Source: Spirochaetota bacterium (GTDB taxonomy: Bacteria; Spirochaetota; UBA4802; UBA5550). From it: 64,000 bases of DNA. Below, one piece after another: positions 29,720-39,549 of this stretch (position 1 is its first letter; each line of letters opens with the position of its first letter). The DNA is taken from assembly GCA_050298055.1 (NCBI GenBank), contig JBNKTL010000005.1, forward strand, positions 77,104-141,103. Direction: 5' to 3'. The notes under the pieces were generated by a model. It was not told where the DNA came from, ran no database searches, and saw nothing but the letters and a program-made list of their open reading frames with translations. The position numbers and the translations under genes were made by a program.

Positions 29720-30637
29720 TCAATATAACGACTCAAAGGCATGAATGAGATTTGTTACAGACCTGTTCACCGGACACTCTATCCCGGCTTTTTCACCTTC
29801 CGATACAATGGCGCCATTGATATAATCAATTTCTGTTTTTCTTGCATGCTTCACATCCTGGTACATGGATGAGTAGTTTTCCGCGGTGAGTCGGCAGACC
29901 TCTTCAACTTTTTTCAACGGATCGGGATAGGGGAGATTTATCCCTGTATTGTCCGAAACTGTAACTGCTTCCTGAACGAGATCATCCATCAATCTCCTTG
30001 AGTAATCACTCTCAGGGAGCCTGCCGTTCTTAACTTTCAGTATGGCAGTCAACGCGTTTATTCCCACATTTATTACCAGTTTACTCCAGATAAGTGACCG
30101 GGTATCAGGGGAAATATCGGTTTCAAATCCCGCTTGCATAAAGAGCCCGGATATGTCTGATAAAACGTCACTTTTTACATTATTTTCCGATATAAAACCG
30201 AATGAGGTTTTTCCCTTTCCCGCATGTTTTACATGGCGATAATCCTTCAGATTTGCTCCTTCGGAAGTAATCCCGGCAATGATTTTATTTTCGCAGATAT
30301 ATTTCTTCATAATATCGGTATTTCCATAACCGTTCTGCAGGGTCAGAGCATATCCTTCATAGTTAATTAAGCTCAGTGCTTTTGCCACTGCCTCTGTGTG
30401 ATATGCTTTAACCGCGATAATGACGAGGTCCGAGTCTGTTGCCTTCTTAATATCAGTCTCAACAGGGACTTTAAAGGAATATTTCTCTTCACTGCTCTCA
30501 AAAAATATTCCTTCTTTATTCAGAAGCTCGGCACGTTCATGACGGTGGTCGATTAATATGAGTTCATTTTCTGTTTTTTGAAGTTTGCCGGCAAAAAGAA
30601 GTCCGATAGCTCCCGGGCCGATTATGGATATTTTCAT
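29720..30637 (-). CDS. panE: 2-dehydropantoate 2-reductase
   Basis: GPGAIG, AVKAY, LQNG, WSKL..N..IN, SSMYQD, TEIDYING. Confidence 0.93.
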   Translation of the reverse strand: MKISIIGPGAIGLLFAGKLQKTENELILIDHRHERAELLNKEGIFFESSEEKYSFKVPVETDIKKATDSDLVIIAVKAYHTEAVAKALSLINYEGYALTLQNGYGNTDIMKKYICENKIIAGITSEGANLKDYRHVKHAGKGKTSFGFISENNVKSDVLSDISGLFMQAGFETDISPDTRSLIWSKLVINVGINALTAILKVKNGRLPESDYSRRLMDDLVQEAVTVSDNTGINLPYPDPLKKVEEVCRLTAENYSSMYQDVKHARKTEIDYINGAIVSEGEKAGIECPVNRSVTNLIHAFESLY

Positions 30638-30732
30638 CTCTCTTCCTCAGCTTGGTGATGTTTGAGATTATCACTGAGGATTTCGTTTATGCAAGCTCTT
30701 TTTGTAGAAAAGGGCTGATAATACGTCATAGA

Positions 30733-30780
30733 GGGGTCAGAGCATGTTCTTTTTTTGGGAAAATTTGATGCTCTGACCCT
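30733..30780. repeat. Inverted pair of GGGGTCAGAGCAT motifs
   Basis: ggggtcagagcat ... atgctctgaccct; motif recurs at 32009, 39495, 39546, 43770, 43811, 43852, 51288. Confidence 0.8.
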
Positions 30781-30786
30781 TTATTA

Positions 30787-30842
30787 GTGTTCCCGCCGCC
30801 GATGGCGGCGGGAACACCTCGGATTCACAGCTGAGTAGTCGC
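30787..30842. mobile_element. Palindromic element copy B (internally deleted)
   Basis: gtgttcccgccgcc-gat-ggcggcgggaacac plus agctgagtagt end. Confidence 0.65.
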
Positions 30843-30860
30843 AAAAAATCAATAAATAGT

Positions 30861-30897
30861 TTGACTTTTCAACATAATCTGGTATATTAGTACCAGA
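30861..30897 (+). promoter_or_regulatory. Promoter and putative Rrf2 operator
   Basis: TTGACT-16 nt-TATATT overlapped by the inverted repeat TCTGGTA-N6-TACCAGA. Confidence 0.6.
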
Positions 30898-30909
30898 ATA
30901 CAAGATAAG

Positions 30910-31329
30910 GTGATTAAGTTGTCTGAGCTTTTTAAACTATCCGAAGCAGCGTCAATTGCCCTTCATTCCATGGCCTATATGGCGGCAAAAGGGAGCAGGG
31001 TGACTGTGCCGGAAATATCTCACAATCTCAGTGTCTCTGAAGCGCATTTATCCAAGGTATTGCAGAGACTTGCGAAGAACGGTCTTGTGAAGTCCGTGAG
31101 AGGCCCCAAAGGAGGATATGGGATTGCCAAACCTGTTGATGAGGTCAGCTTAAAGGATGTCTATGAAGCGGTTGAGGGTGAATTAAAGAACTCAAGCTGC
31201 CTCTTCCAGGACAAAAGATGTGAGAGCAAGAAATGTATTATGGGAGAAGCGCTGGTTGAATCGAGCCGTATCTTTCATGACCATCTCACAAGAACCATGT
31301 TATCGGACCTGAGGGGAATTTACGATTAA
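30910..31329 (+). CDS. Rrf2-family transcriptional regulator
   Basis: S.AHLSKVLQRL.K.GLVKSVRGPKGGY, VYEAVEG, three C-terminal Cys. Confidence 0.92.
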   Translation: MIKLSELFKLSEAASIALHSMAYMAAKGSRVTVPEISHNLSVSEAHLSKVLQRLAKNGLVKSVRGPKGGYGIAKPVDEVSLKDVYEAVEGELKNSSCLFQDKRCESKKCIMGEALVESSRIFHDHLTRTMLSDLRGIYD

Positions 31330-31369
31330 ATTGAAGATATTTTGACGCTTCTGTTAAGGAGGATAAAGG

Positions 31370-31999
31370 ATGAATAAAACAATGTGCCCCGGGCAGGATA
31401 CAAGGTTCTGGCGGCCGGGTGATATATTTGATTCACCATGTGGCAATTGCGGCAATATTATCGAGTTTTTTAAGGATGACGCAAGCCAAAGATGCAAAAA
31501 ATGCGGTACAAAGGTCCTGAACCCGCGGCTTAACAGGGGATGCGCCCAGTGGTGTGAACATGCAAAAGAGTGTCTCGGGTATGATCCCAAAGAACAAAAC
31601 AGCGACTCTGGAAATGGAGGATACGATATCTCCCTGGCGGATAAACTTTTAAATGAGGTCACGATCAAATATGGAGAAAAGTCAGATCTGTACAGGATGG
31701 CTGTGAAAATAAAGGAAAAGATTGAGTTCCTGATAGATATAAAAGGAGGGAAACCACGGATTGCTCTTCCTGCGGCAATCCTCCTTAATGTGGACACAAC
31801 CGGTAAAAAGGGGTCAGAGCAGTTTTCTTTTAATGAGAAATTACCTGTTGCCAGAGGAATTCTTTCGGAAATCGGACTGGATGCCGGTACTATAGATGAA
31901 ATTATCCATATCATTAATGCCTATCATACTGATAACTACCTGGATCTTGATGAGTACAGGCTGGTTTCTGAAGCGGCCCGTTCGGTGGATATTCACTGA
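31370..31999 (+). CDS. Protein with Cys-rich N-terminal domain and degenerate HD-like helical domain
   Basis: CPGQD.RFW, C..CG..IEFFKDD...C..CG, GCAQWC.HA.EC. Confidence 0.65.
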   Translation: MNKTMCPGQDTRFWRPGDIFDSPCGNCGNIIEFFKDDASQRCKKCGTKVLNPRLNRGCAQWCEHAKECLGYDPKEQNSDSGNGGYDISLADKLLNEVTIKYGEKSDLYRMAVKIKEKIEFLIDIKGGKPRIALPAAILLNVDTTGKKGSEQFSFNEKLPVARGILSEIGLDAGTIDEIIHIINAYHTDNYLDLDEYRLVSEAARSVDIH

Positions 32000-32110
32000 A
32001 TTGAGGGGATGCTCTGACCCTTCATCCCCGGCACGAAACATTTCCTTTCATAACAATTAATTATTGAAATATATATTAAACTTATGAAAGATGTCCTCTA
32101 TTGATAAATC

Positions 32111-32244
32111 ATAACGACTCGGTTATGGATAAAACAGACATGTTAATGGGATAGAAAGTAAATGATCTGTCTCCGGTGCTTTCAGTGTCAGGAACAAATT
32201 ATTTTTTCTTTGTTATGCATATTTTAATCCTATAGCTGAGTATT
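32111..32244. mobile_element. Palindromic element copy F (degenerate)
   Basis: Left end ataacgactcggttatggat, right end tatagctgagtatt, same length as the other copies, eroded central stem. Confidence 0.45.
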
Positions 32245-32276
32245 TTCAACAAATCAAAATAAACAGGACCAAAAAA

Positions 32277-32723
32277 ATGAATGGAGAACTAAACTCAATA
32301 TTGAACAAGTATAAGGATGTTAAGGGGAATACCATCCTGATACTCCAGGAGATACAGAACACATTCCAGTACCTTCCCGAAGATGTACTCAATAAAGTAT
32401 CCGAATTCAACAAAATACCCCTCTCAGAACTCTATGGTGTGGCAACATTCTATTCACAGTTTAAATTCAATAAACCGGGCGAATACCAGATCAAGGTCTG
32501 CCACGGTACGGCGTGCCATATCAACAATGCCGTGAGGGTCTCCGAAGTGATTGTGGAGGAGCTCGGCATCAATCCCGGTGAGACAACCGAAGACGGTAAA
32601 TTTTCCCTGGATGAAGTGGCATGCCTCGGCTGCTGTAGCCTTGCGCCGGTTATTATGATAAATGATAAGGTCTACGGAAATCTTGATGACAAAAAACTCA
32701 GAAAGGTTTTGAAAGAGTATTAA
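32277..32723 (+). CDS. NuoE/HydC-like [2Fe-2S] subunit (StnA-like)
   Basis: GVATFYSQF, VCHGTACH, ACLGCCSLAP. Confidence 0.92.
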   Translation: MNGELNSILNKYKDVKGNTILILQEIQNTFQYLPEDVLNKVSEFNKIPLSELYGVATFYSQFKFNKPGEYQIKVCHGTACHINNAVRVSEVIVEELGINPGETTEDGKFSLDEVACLGCCSLAPVIMINDKVYGNLDDKKLRKVLKEY

Positions 32724-32833
32724 TCCTGAAATAAAAAAACTGTTCTCTTAAAACAGACGATCCGGTATAAATTATCCCTGCCGGGAAGGAAACGAAACAA
32801 TCTATCCGTATTTAATGACTTGGAGAAAAAGAT

Positions 32834-34603
32834 ATGAGTAAAAAAATTACAGTAGGACTTGCAAGCTGCGGAATATCCGCAGGGGGCGACGCGGTCTATG
32901 AAACATTTGAAAACCTGATAAAAAGCAACGGGAACAAGGAAATTGAATTAACCAGGACCGGCTGTAAGGGCTCCTGTTTCAGAGAGGTGCTGGTTGACTA
33001 CTCAGACGGTAAAGGAGCCTTTACCTATGCCGATGTGACCCCTGAAATCGCGAAGGAAATATTCGAAAAGCATGTGATAAACAACGAACCTGTTGATGAC
33101 TACCTGATGATAGACGGGGAGAAGAACAAAGAGGAGATGTTCTTCAACAAGCAGAAGAGGATTGTTCTCAGGAACACAGGTATCATCGATCCCGAGGATA
33201 TTGAGCAGTATATTGAACGGGACGGGTACAAAGGGATCGAAAAGGCCCTTAAAGAGATGACACCTGAAGATGTGAGAGAGCATGTGAAAAAGTCGGGACT
33301 CCGGGGGAGAGGTGGAGCCGGGTTTTCCACCGGTCTCAAATGGAGCTTTGCCGCCGGTGAAGATTCCGATAAAAAATACATGGTCTGTAACGCCGACGAA
33401 GGGGACCCCGGGGCATTCATGGACAGGTCGGTCCTTGAGGGGGACCCCCACTCTGTAATTGAGGGCCTCTCAATTGCCGCTTACGCCATCGGTGCCAACG
33501 AGGGATATATCTATGTCCGCGCGGAGTATCCCCTGGCAATCAAGAGACTTAACATAGCAATAGACCAGGCAACGAAGAAGGGTTACCTGGGCGATAATAT
33601 CATGGGCAGCGATTTCAGCCTGGAGCTTCATCTCAAGATCGGGGCCGGGGCGTTCGTCTGCGGAGAAGAGACAGCCCTTATCGCTTCAATTGAAGGGGAG
33701 AGGGGTATGCCGCGGATCAGGCCGCCCTTTCCCGCCAAGGCCGGTATCTGGGGAAAGCCCACAATCATAAACAACGTTGAAACACTGGCCAATGTCCCCT
33801 ATATCATTACCCATGGATGGGAGGATTTTGCCGCAACCGGGACCGAGAAGAGCAAGGGAAGCAAGGTCTTCGCCCTTACCGGAAAGATCAAAAAATCGGG
33901 GCTTGTTGAGGTCCCCATGGGGCTTTCCCTCAAAGAGGTGATTTTCGATATCGGCGGCGGTATCAAAAATGACAGGGAATTCAAGGCTGTACAGCTGGGG
34001 GGGCCTTCTGGGGGTTGTATTCCCGCGGACATGCTGGACACTCCTGTTGACTACGAGTCTCTCACGGCAACCGGCGCCATCATGGGTTCCGGTGGTATGG
34101 TTGTTATGGACGAAGGGACGTGCATGGTTGATGTTGCCAAGTTCTTCATGAATTTCGTGAAGGAGGAGTCGTGCGGCAAGTGCACCTTCTGCAGGGTGGG
34201 GACCAAGAGAATGCATGAGGTCCTGGTAAGGATCACGGAGGGGAAGGGGAAAGAGTCGGATATCGACCTTCTCCTCGATCTGGCCAACAAGGTGAATGAC
34301 GCTTCTCTCTGCGGACTGGGACAGACCGCACCAAACCCGGTACTTACCACCCTTCGTTTTTTCAGGCATGAATACGAGGAACATATAAAAGAAGGAAAGT
34401 GCAGGGCAAAGGTCTGCAAGCCCCTCCTTACGTATACAATCGATCCGGAAAAATGCACCGGCTGTACGGTCTGCGCCAAAAAATGTCCCGTTGAATGTAT
34501 CACCGGTGAGAAGAAAAATCCCCATGAGATCAGGCAGGATGACTGTATCAAGTGCGGTAACTGTTATTCGGTCTGTAACTTTGACGCGGTGATGGTGGAG
34601 TAG
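32834..34603 (+). CDS. NuoF/HydB-like NADH/FMN subunit with extra Fe-S domains (StnB-like)
   Basis: SGLRGRGGAGF, NADEGDPGAFMDR, CGEETAL, ESCGKCTFCR, C-terminal 2x[4Fe-4S]. Confidence 0.93.
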   Translation: MSKKITVGLASCGISAGGDAVYETFENLIKSNGNKEIELTRTGCKGSCFREVLVDYSDGKGAFTYADVTPEIAKEIFEKHVINNEPVDDYLMIDGEKNKEEMFFNKQKRIVLRNTGIIDPEDIEQYIERDGYKGIEKALKEMTPEDVREHVKKSGLRGRGGAGFSTGLKWSFAAGEDSDKKYMVCNADEGDPGAFMDRSVLEGDPHSVIEGLSIAAYAIGANEGYIYVRAEYPLAIKRLNIAIDQATKKGYLGDNIMGSDFSLELHLKIGAGAFVCGEETALIASIEGERGMPRIRPPFPAKAGIWGKPTIINNVETLANVPYIITHGWEDFAATGTEKSKGSKVFALTGKIKKSGLVEVPMGLSLKEVIFDIGGGIKNDREFKAVQLGGPSGGCIPADMLDTPVDYESLTATGAIMGSGGMVVMDEGTCMVDVAKFFMNFVKEESCGKCTFCRVGTKRMHEVLVRITEGKGKESDIDLLLDLANKVNDASLCGLGQTAPNPVLTTLRFFRHEYEEHIKEGKCRAKVCKPLLTYTIDPEKCTGCTVCAKKCPVECITGEKKNPHEIRQDDCIKCGNCYSVCNFDAVMVE

Positions 34604-34655
34604 GTCTTCACTAATTGTCTCAGAAAGAACTAATGAATAATTTGAGGAAAAAAAA

Positions 34656-37600
34656 ATGGTAAAGATAAAAATAGACGGTAAAGAGATACAGGCGGAAGAG
34701 GGAAAGACACTCCTTGATGTGATCAGGGAGAACGATATCGCCGATGTTCCCACACTCTGCCACAGCGAAATTCTGCCCCCCTTCACGTCATGCTTTCTCT
34801 GTGTGGCGGATGTCAAGGGGGCCAGGAGGCTTGTCCCCTCATGCGCTACTACGGTGACTGACGGTATGGAGGTGAGCCTTGATAATGAGAGGGTGTTTGA
34901 ATCGAGGAAGACCAACCTGGAGCTTCTCCTCTCAAATCACAATGCCGATTGTTATCCCCCCTGCAGGCTGAAGTGCCCGGCGAACATGGATGTCCAGGGA
35001 TATATTGCCCTTGCCAACAGGGGGCTCTATGATGAAGGGCATAGGCTTCTCAAGGAAACGAATCCCCTCCCCATGGTCTGCGGACGGGTCTGTGCCCGGC
35101 CCTGCGAGGACAACTGCAGAAGGCAATATGTGGACGAGGCGGTTGATATCAAGAACATCAAGAGGTTCATGGCGGACAGGGACCTCAACTCGGACAGCAT
35201 GTATATCCCCGAAACGGGCGCCGATACCGGGAAAAAGGTGGCAGTTGTGGGCGCCGGACCGGCCGGTCTTTCCGCGGCGTTTTACCTCAGGAAGTACGGA
35301 CACGGGGTGACCATATTCGAAAGGCTCCCCGCGGGAGGGGGAATGCTCCGCTACGGGATCCCCGAGTACAGACTCCCCAAGGCCGATCTCCAGAAGGAGA
35401 TTAGTGCCATCGAAAAGATGGGCGCCGAAATAAAGTATAACAGTGAACTGGGTAAGGATTTTACCATCGAGAGCCTCATGAAGGGTGAGTTTGACGCGGT
35501 CTTCCTGGGGATAGGCGCACAGCTGGGAAGTTCATCCCGGGCAAAGGGCGAGGACCTTGAGGGTGTCATGCAGGGAGTGGAGTTCCTCCTGGATGTAAAC
35601 CTGGGCAAGGATGTTGATGTGAAGGGCGATGTTTTTGTTATAGGAGGCGGTAATACCGCCATTGATGCCGCCCGGTCGGCCCTGCGATGCGGGGCCAAAA
35701 GCGTCACAATTGTCTACAGGAGGACCGAGGCGGAGATGCCCGCCCACAACGAAGAGATTGAAGACGCAAAGGAAGAGGGGATCAAGATCGAGGTCCTCAA
35801 TGCTCCTGTTGAATATATGGGTGAAAACGGCAGGCTGAAGAAGGTCAGGCTCCAGAAAATGGAGCTGGGGGAACCTGATGAGAGCGGAAGAAGAAGGCCG
35901 GTCCCCGTGGAAGGAAGCGAATATGAAGTGAACGTTGACTATGTCATTGCCGCAATAGGACAGAAGGTGGACACCAGTTGTCTTGACGGTGTGAATGTAT
36001 CGAAATGGAACACCATTGAAGCAGATGAAGAGCTTTTTACCACCAGCAGGGAGGGGGTCTTCGCGGGAGGAGATGCCGTCACCGGGCCTGATATTGCCAT
36101 CGCGGCCATCGCCCATGGGCGAAAGGCCGCCCTGAATATCGACAACTACCTGAACGGGAAGGAGCTTGAGAAGGAAAACAGGCTGGGATTCCATATCCGG
36201 AAGGAAGACTTTGCTCCACTTTCAAAAGATGACTTTAATGATGAGATAAAGCTTGCGAGAAACCATATGGAGAAGCTCCCTCCAAAGGAGAGAAAAAACA
36301 GCTTCAAAGAGGTCGAGCTCGGATTTACCGAGGATGAACTCCGGAAGGAGACCTTCAGGTGTCTTGAATGCGGCTGCCAGGACATCTACGAGTGTAAACT
36401 CAAGGAGTATTCAGAGAAGTATAATGTGGACAAGACGAAGTTCATAGGCGGCGAGTACAGGGAGGACCTTTACGATTCACAACAGACCTATATCAATGTG
36501 AACACCGCGAAATGCATAAACTGCGGCCAGTGCGTAAGGCTCTGTTCCCAGGTGCAGAAACAGGCCGTGTTCACCTTCAATAAGCGGGGTTTTAACGCAA
36601 CACCGGTCCCTTATATGTTCAAGGCCATGGACGATACCAACTGTATCACCTGCGGACTCTGCGTAACGGGATGTCCCGTGGGGGCTATTACCGAGAAAAC
36701 TCCCAAGGGCCGGAAACCGGGTCCTTTCGAGAACAGGCTCACGGAAACCCACTGCAGTCTCTGCGGTGACGGCTGTAAAATGGTCATGGAAACCCGGGAC
36801 GGGAACTTTATCAAGATCACTTCAAAGATGAAGAACAAAGAGTTCTTCGACAACCTCTGCCGGAAGGGGAGGTTCGGCTACGAGATCTTCACCAGGCGCG
36901 AAATGCTGGGGACAGGCGGAAAGTCAGAGGATGATATCCGTCAGTTTATCCAGGGTCTGGAGGGTGACAGCACGGTGGTATCCGTATCCCCTCATCTCAC
37001 CCTGGAGGAGATAGACCAGGTCATCTCCTTCGCGGAAGGGAAAAAGCTCCCGGTCTACTCACTGGAGGTGGGGGCCGACCTGGAAAAGATCACCCTTCTG
37101 AAAGGGGCGGGTGTTGATATCAGTGGGACGGTCAAGGGCGATATGAGCAGCTTTACGGATATCTACTACTTCGGTTCCTTTGACGAGGAGCACAACTCGG
37201 TAAGTTTCAGAAAGCTTATCAGGAACGATAAAAAGCAGAATATCCATCTTTCCCGGGATATGCCGAATTCCTACTTTAAGTACATGAAGCACGAATCGGA
37301 TAACGCCATGTTTGAAGAGATGGCCGGGAACTTCAGTGAGAGTACGCTTATCGCTTTTAACCTGCAGAAGACCGATGCGAAAGTTGTTGAAAAGCTGGCG
37401 TCTTTTATCAGGGAGAAGTCGGTAAAGAACTATACTGTCCTGAATAATTATCCTAACTATGCTTATCTTCTGGAAAAGATATCTTCCCCGGAAGCCCTGA
37501 AAAAGGATATTGAAGGGAAGAAGTACGGCACACTTGTCATGGTCAACGGTGATGAAAGCCTTGTAAACGGTTCCTTCAGGAACACTCTCTATTTCAGTGA

Positions 37601-37751
37601 CAGGGACATCAGCATGAAGGCCGATTACTTTGTCCCCATTAACTCTCTCTATGAAAAAACGGGAACGATCAGGGACCAGTGGGGAAATGAAAAGCAGCTC
37701 ATTAAGGGCGCGAAGGATTCTGCCTACACAATCAAGCAGTTTCTCGAATAG
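34656..37751 (+). CDS. Large Fe-S flavoprotein: NuoG-like N-domain, GltD/NfnB-like NAD(P)H domain, ferredoxin, degenerate molybdopterin-enzyme-like C-domain (StnC-like)
   Basis: PTLC..C..C, CGRVCARPCE, GAGPAG, GGGNTA/YRR, RCLECGC, CINCGQC, CSLCGDGC, LCRKGRFG; no H-cluster motifs seen. Confidence 0.8.
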   Translation: MVKIKIDGKEIQAEEGKTLLDVIRENDIADVPTLCHSEILPPFTSCFLCVADVKGARRLVPSCATTVTDGMEVSLDNERVFESRKTNLELLLSNHNADCYPPCRLKCPANMDVQGYIALANRGLYDEGHRLLKETNPLPMVCGRVCARPCEDNCRRQYVDEAVDIKNIKRFMADRDLNSDSMYIPETGADTGKKVAVVGAGPAGLSAAFYLRKYGHGVTIFERLPAGGGMLRYGIPEYRLPKADLQKEISAIEKMGAEIKYNSELGKDFTIESLMKGEFDAVFLGIGAQLGSSSRAKGEDLEGVMQGVEFLLDVNLGKDVDVKGDVFVIGGGNTAIDAARSALRCGAKSVTIVYRRTEAEMPAHNEEIEDAKEEGIKIEVLNAPVEYMGENGRLKKVRLQKMELGEPDESGRRRPVPVEGSEYEVNVDYVIAAIGQKVDTSCLDGVNVSKWNTIEADEELFTTSREGVFAGGDAVTGPDIAIAAIAHGRKAALNIDNYLNGKELEKENRLGFHIRKEDFAPLSKDDFNDEIKLARNHMEKLPPKERKNSFKEVELGFTEDELRKETFRCLECGCQDIYECKLKEYSEKYNVDKTKFIGGEYREDLYDSQQTYINVNTAKCINCGQCVRLCSQVQKQAVFTFNKRGFNATPVPYMFKAMDDTNCITCGLCVTGCPVGAITEKTPKGRKPGPFENRLTETHCSLCGDGCKMVMETRDGNFIKITSKMKNKEFFDNLCRKGRFGYEIFTRREMLGTGGKSEDDIRQFIQGLEGDSTVVSVSPHLTLEEIDQVISFAEGKKLPVYSLEVGADLEKITLLKGAGVDISGTVKGDMSSFTDIYYFGSFDEEHNSVSFRKLIRNDKKQNIHLSRDMPNSYFKYMKHESDNAMFEEMAGNFSESTLIAFNLQKTDAKVVEKLASFIREKSVKNYTVLNNYPNYAYLLEKISSPEALKKDIEGKKYGTLVMVNGDESLVNGSFRNTLYFSDRDISMKADYFVPINSLYEKTGTIRDQWGNEKQLIKGAKDSAYTIKQFLE

Positions 37752-37811
37752 ACAGTCATGCAAAAAGGCGGCATTGTTGCAGCGGCTGATAATATCAGAC
37801 AGAAAAAAAGA

Positions 37812-37841
37812 GCAGGGGCTTCCGGAAGGGGGCCCCTGTTG
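37812..37841 (+). terminator. Terminator-like hairpin after the Stn-like operon
   Basis: gcaggggcttcc-ggaa-gggggcccctgtt. Confidence 0.55.
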
Positions 37842-37904
37842 TTATCTTTAGCTGAAGAAAAGTTTACTCATCAGTTTCATGATTTTACAAAAGATTTATA
37901 TTAA

Positions 37905-38022
37905 TGTCATTCCCGTGAAAACGGGAATCTATTTATTTTTTTAAAATTACTAATTTTGATTTAAAATCAGCTGATAGCTAAACTTGGATTCCGGCTCTTC
38001 GTTTTACTTCGGCCTGAATGAC
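37905..38022. repeat. REP-like palindrome (GTCATTCCCG..AA.CGGGAATC type)
   Basis: tgtcattcccgtgaaaacgggaatc ... tggattcc...gaatgaca. Confidence 0.65.
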
Positions 38023-38050
38023 AGACTTTTAAAACAGGTAAAAATACACT

Positions 38051-39379
38051 CTACAGGAGGTCTGAAGCAAGCTCCGCGAGATGGGACCTTTCACCCTTTT
38101 CCATGGTGATGTGTGCATAAATGCTCTGACCCTTCATCTTGTCGATGAGATAGGTGAGGCCGTTGCTCCGTGAATCGAGGTAAGGTGTATCGATCTGGTG
38201 TGGATCACCGGTAAAGACGATCTTTGTCCCTTCTCCCGCACGGGTTATGATGGTCTTGACCTCGTGGGGGGTGAGGTTCTGGGCTTCATCCACGATAAAG
38301 TAGATCCTCGGAAGGCTTCTTCCCCTTATATAGGCCAGTGCCGTTATCAGGAGTTTCTTCGTGTTTAACATCTCGTTTATTCTGTTATATTCCGATGAAT
38401 CTTCGCTGTACTGGTTCTGTATAACTGAGAGGTTATCGAAAAGGGGCTGCATATAGGGGTCGAGTTTGTCATGAATATCCCCGGGAAGAAATCCGAGGTC
38501 CCTGTTGGAAAGAGGGACGACCGGCCGTGCGAGGAATATCTGCTTGTAACTTTTCCTTGTCTCCAGTGCCGCCGCCAGGGCCATGAGTGTCTTCCCGGTA
38601 CCCGCCTTGCCGGAAAGGGTCACAAGCTGTATCTTTGGGTCAGTGAGGACATTGATTGAAAAAGTCTGTTCGGCATTTCGCGGCTGTATCCCGTATGCCC
38701 TCTTCTTTTCAACAATATGGAGGCAGTTGTCGTGATGATGGTATGTCACAAGGGCGCTTTTACTGGTGTTGCGGAGAATGAAATTTTCATTGGGGTTCGG
38801 TTCAAGCTCTATCCCTGTTTCGTCTAAAGGCACACAGTTGTCCCGGTAGAGCAGGTCAATGAGGCTGTGGTCAACATTCTCTATGAGGGTTTTCCCGGTA
38901 TAGAGCTCGTCGAGGTTCTGGATTTTTCCCGTTTCATAGTCCTCAGCCTGTACGGCGATACTCTTCGCTTTCATCCTGAGGTTGATGTCCTTGGATACCA
39001 GGGTGACCCTTTCCCGTCCATACTCATTTGAGAGGTTGTTTGCCAGGGAGAGTATCCTGTGGTCCGGTTTGTCTTCCCAGAAGAGCTCCTGCATGAACCG
39101 GTCTTTTTTGCTGTCGGACAGGACTATGATAAAGCCCCCCTTTTCCAGCATGATGCCGTCATGAAGCATCCTGTCACCGATAAGAAAATCCAGCTCCCGG
39201 GAAAACTCACGGGCATTGTAGTTTATAATTTCGTTTCCTCTTTTAAACCGGTCAATTTCTTCAAGGAGGGTTATTGGTATTACCACGATATGTTCTTCGA
39301 AGGAGTAGAGGCAGCGGTAATCGTAAAGAACAACATTTGTATCAAGAACAAATATTTTTTTATCTCTGTTGTCTAGCAT
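38051..39379 (-). CDS. PIN-PhoH fusion protein (PhoH2)
   Basis: FVLDTNV PIN start, SKDINLR.KA, GKAGTGKT, GFLPGD, RGRS, DEAQN, GDP.QID. Confidence 0.93.
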   Translation of the reverse strand: MLDNRDKKIFVLDTNVVLYDYRCLYSFEEHIVVIPITLLEEIDRFKRGNEIINYNAREFSRELDFLIGDRMLHDGIMLEKGGFIIVLSDSKKDRFMQELFWEDKPDHRILSLANNLSNEYGRERVTLVSKDINLRMKAKSIAVQAEDYETGKIQNLDELYTGKTLIENVDHSLIDLLYRDNCVPLDETGIELEPNPNENFILRNTSKSALVTYHHHDNCLHIVEKKRAYGIQPRNAEQTFSINVLTDPKIQLVTLSGKAGTGKTLMALAAALETRKSYKQIFLARPVVPLSNRDLGFLPGDIHDKLDPYMQPLFDNLSVIQNQYSEDSSEYNRINEMLNTKKLLITALAYIRGRSLPRIYFIVDEAQNLTPHEVKTIITRAGEGTKIVFTGDPHQIDTPYLDSRSNGLTYLIDKMKGQSIYAHITMEKGERSHLAELASDLL

Positions 39380-39549
39380 TCAATGAACAAATATTTCACG
39401 TCACATTATTTATTTGCAAGATAAATGCAATTACTACGACATTATGTCTCATTTGTAAAGAGAAATTTTGTTTTTTATGAATTTTTCTTAATGAGGGGTC
39501 AGAGCATAAAATGACGGTTAACTATCCACAATTTTTGAGAAAATAGGGG

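Noticed and set aside
33686..34915. 409-aa minus-strand ORF and similar long antisense ORFs (14460-15515, 7466-8335, 52142-53023)
   Set aside because: They overlap well-supported genes on the opposite strand and show no recognisable motifs
34656..37751. [FeFe]-hydrogenase, formate dehydrogenase or complex I NuoG
   Set aside because: No H-cluster motifs, no recognisable Mo/W active site, no membrane nuo genes; has an NfnB/GltD domain instead
38121..38138. 18-nt match to the GGGTCAGAGCAT repeat inside PhoH2
   Set aside because: Encodes ordinary in-frame MKGQS residues with no disruption; probably coincidental
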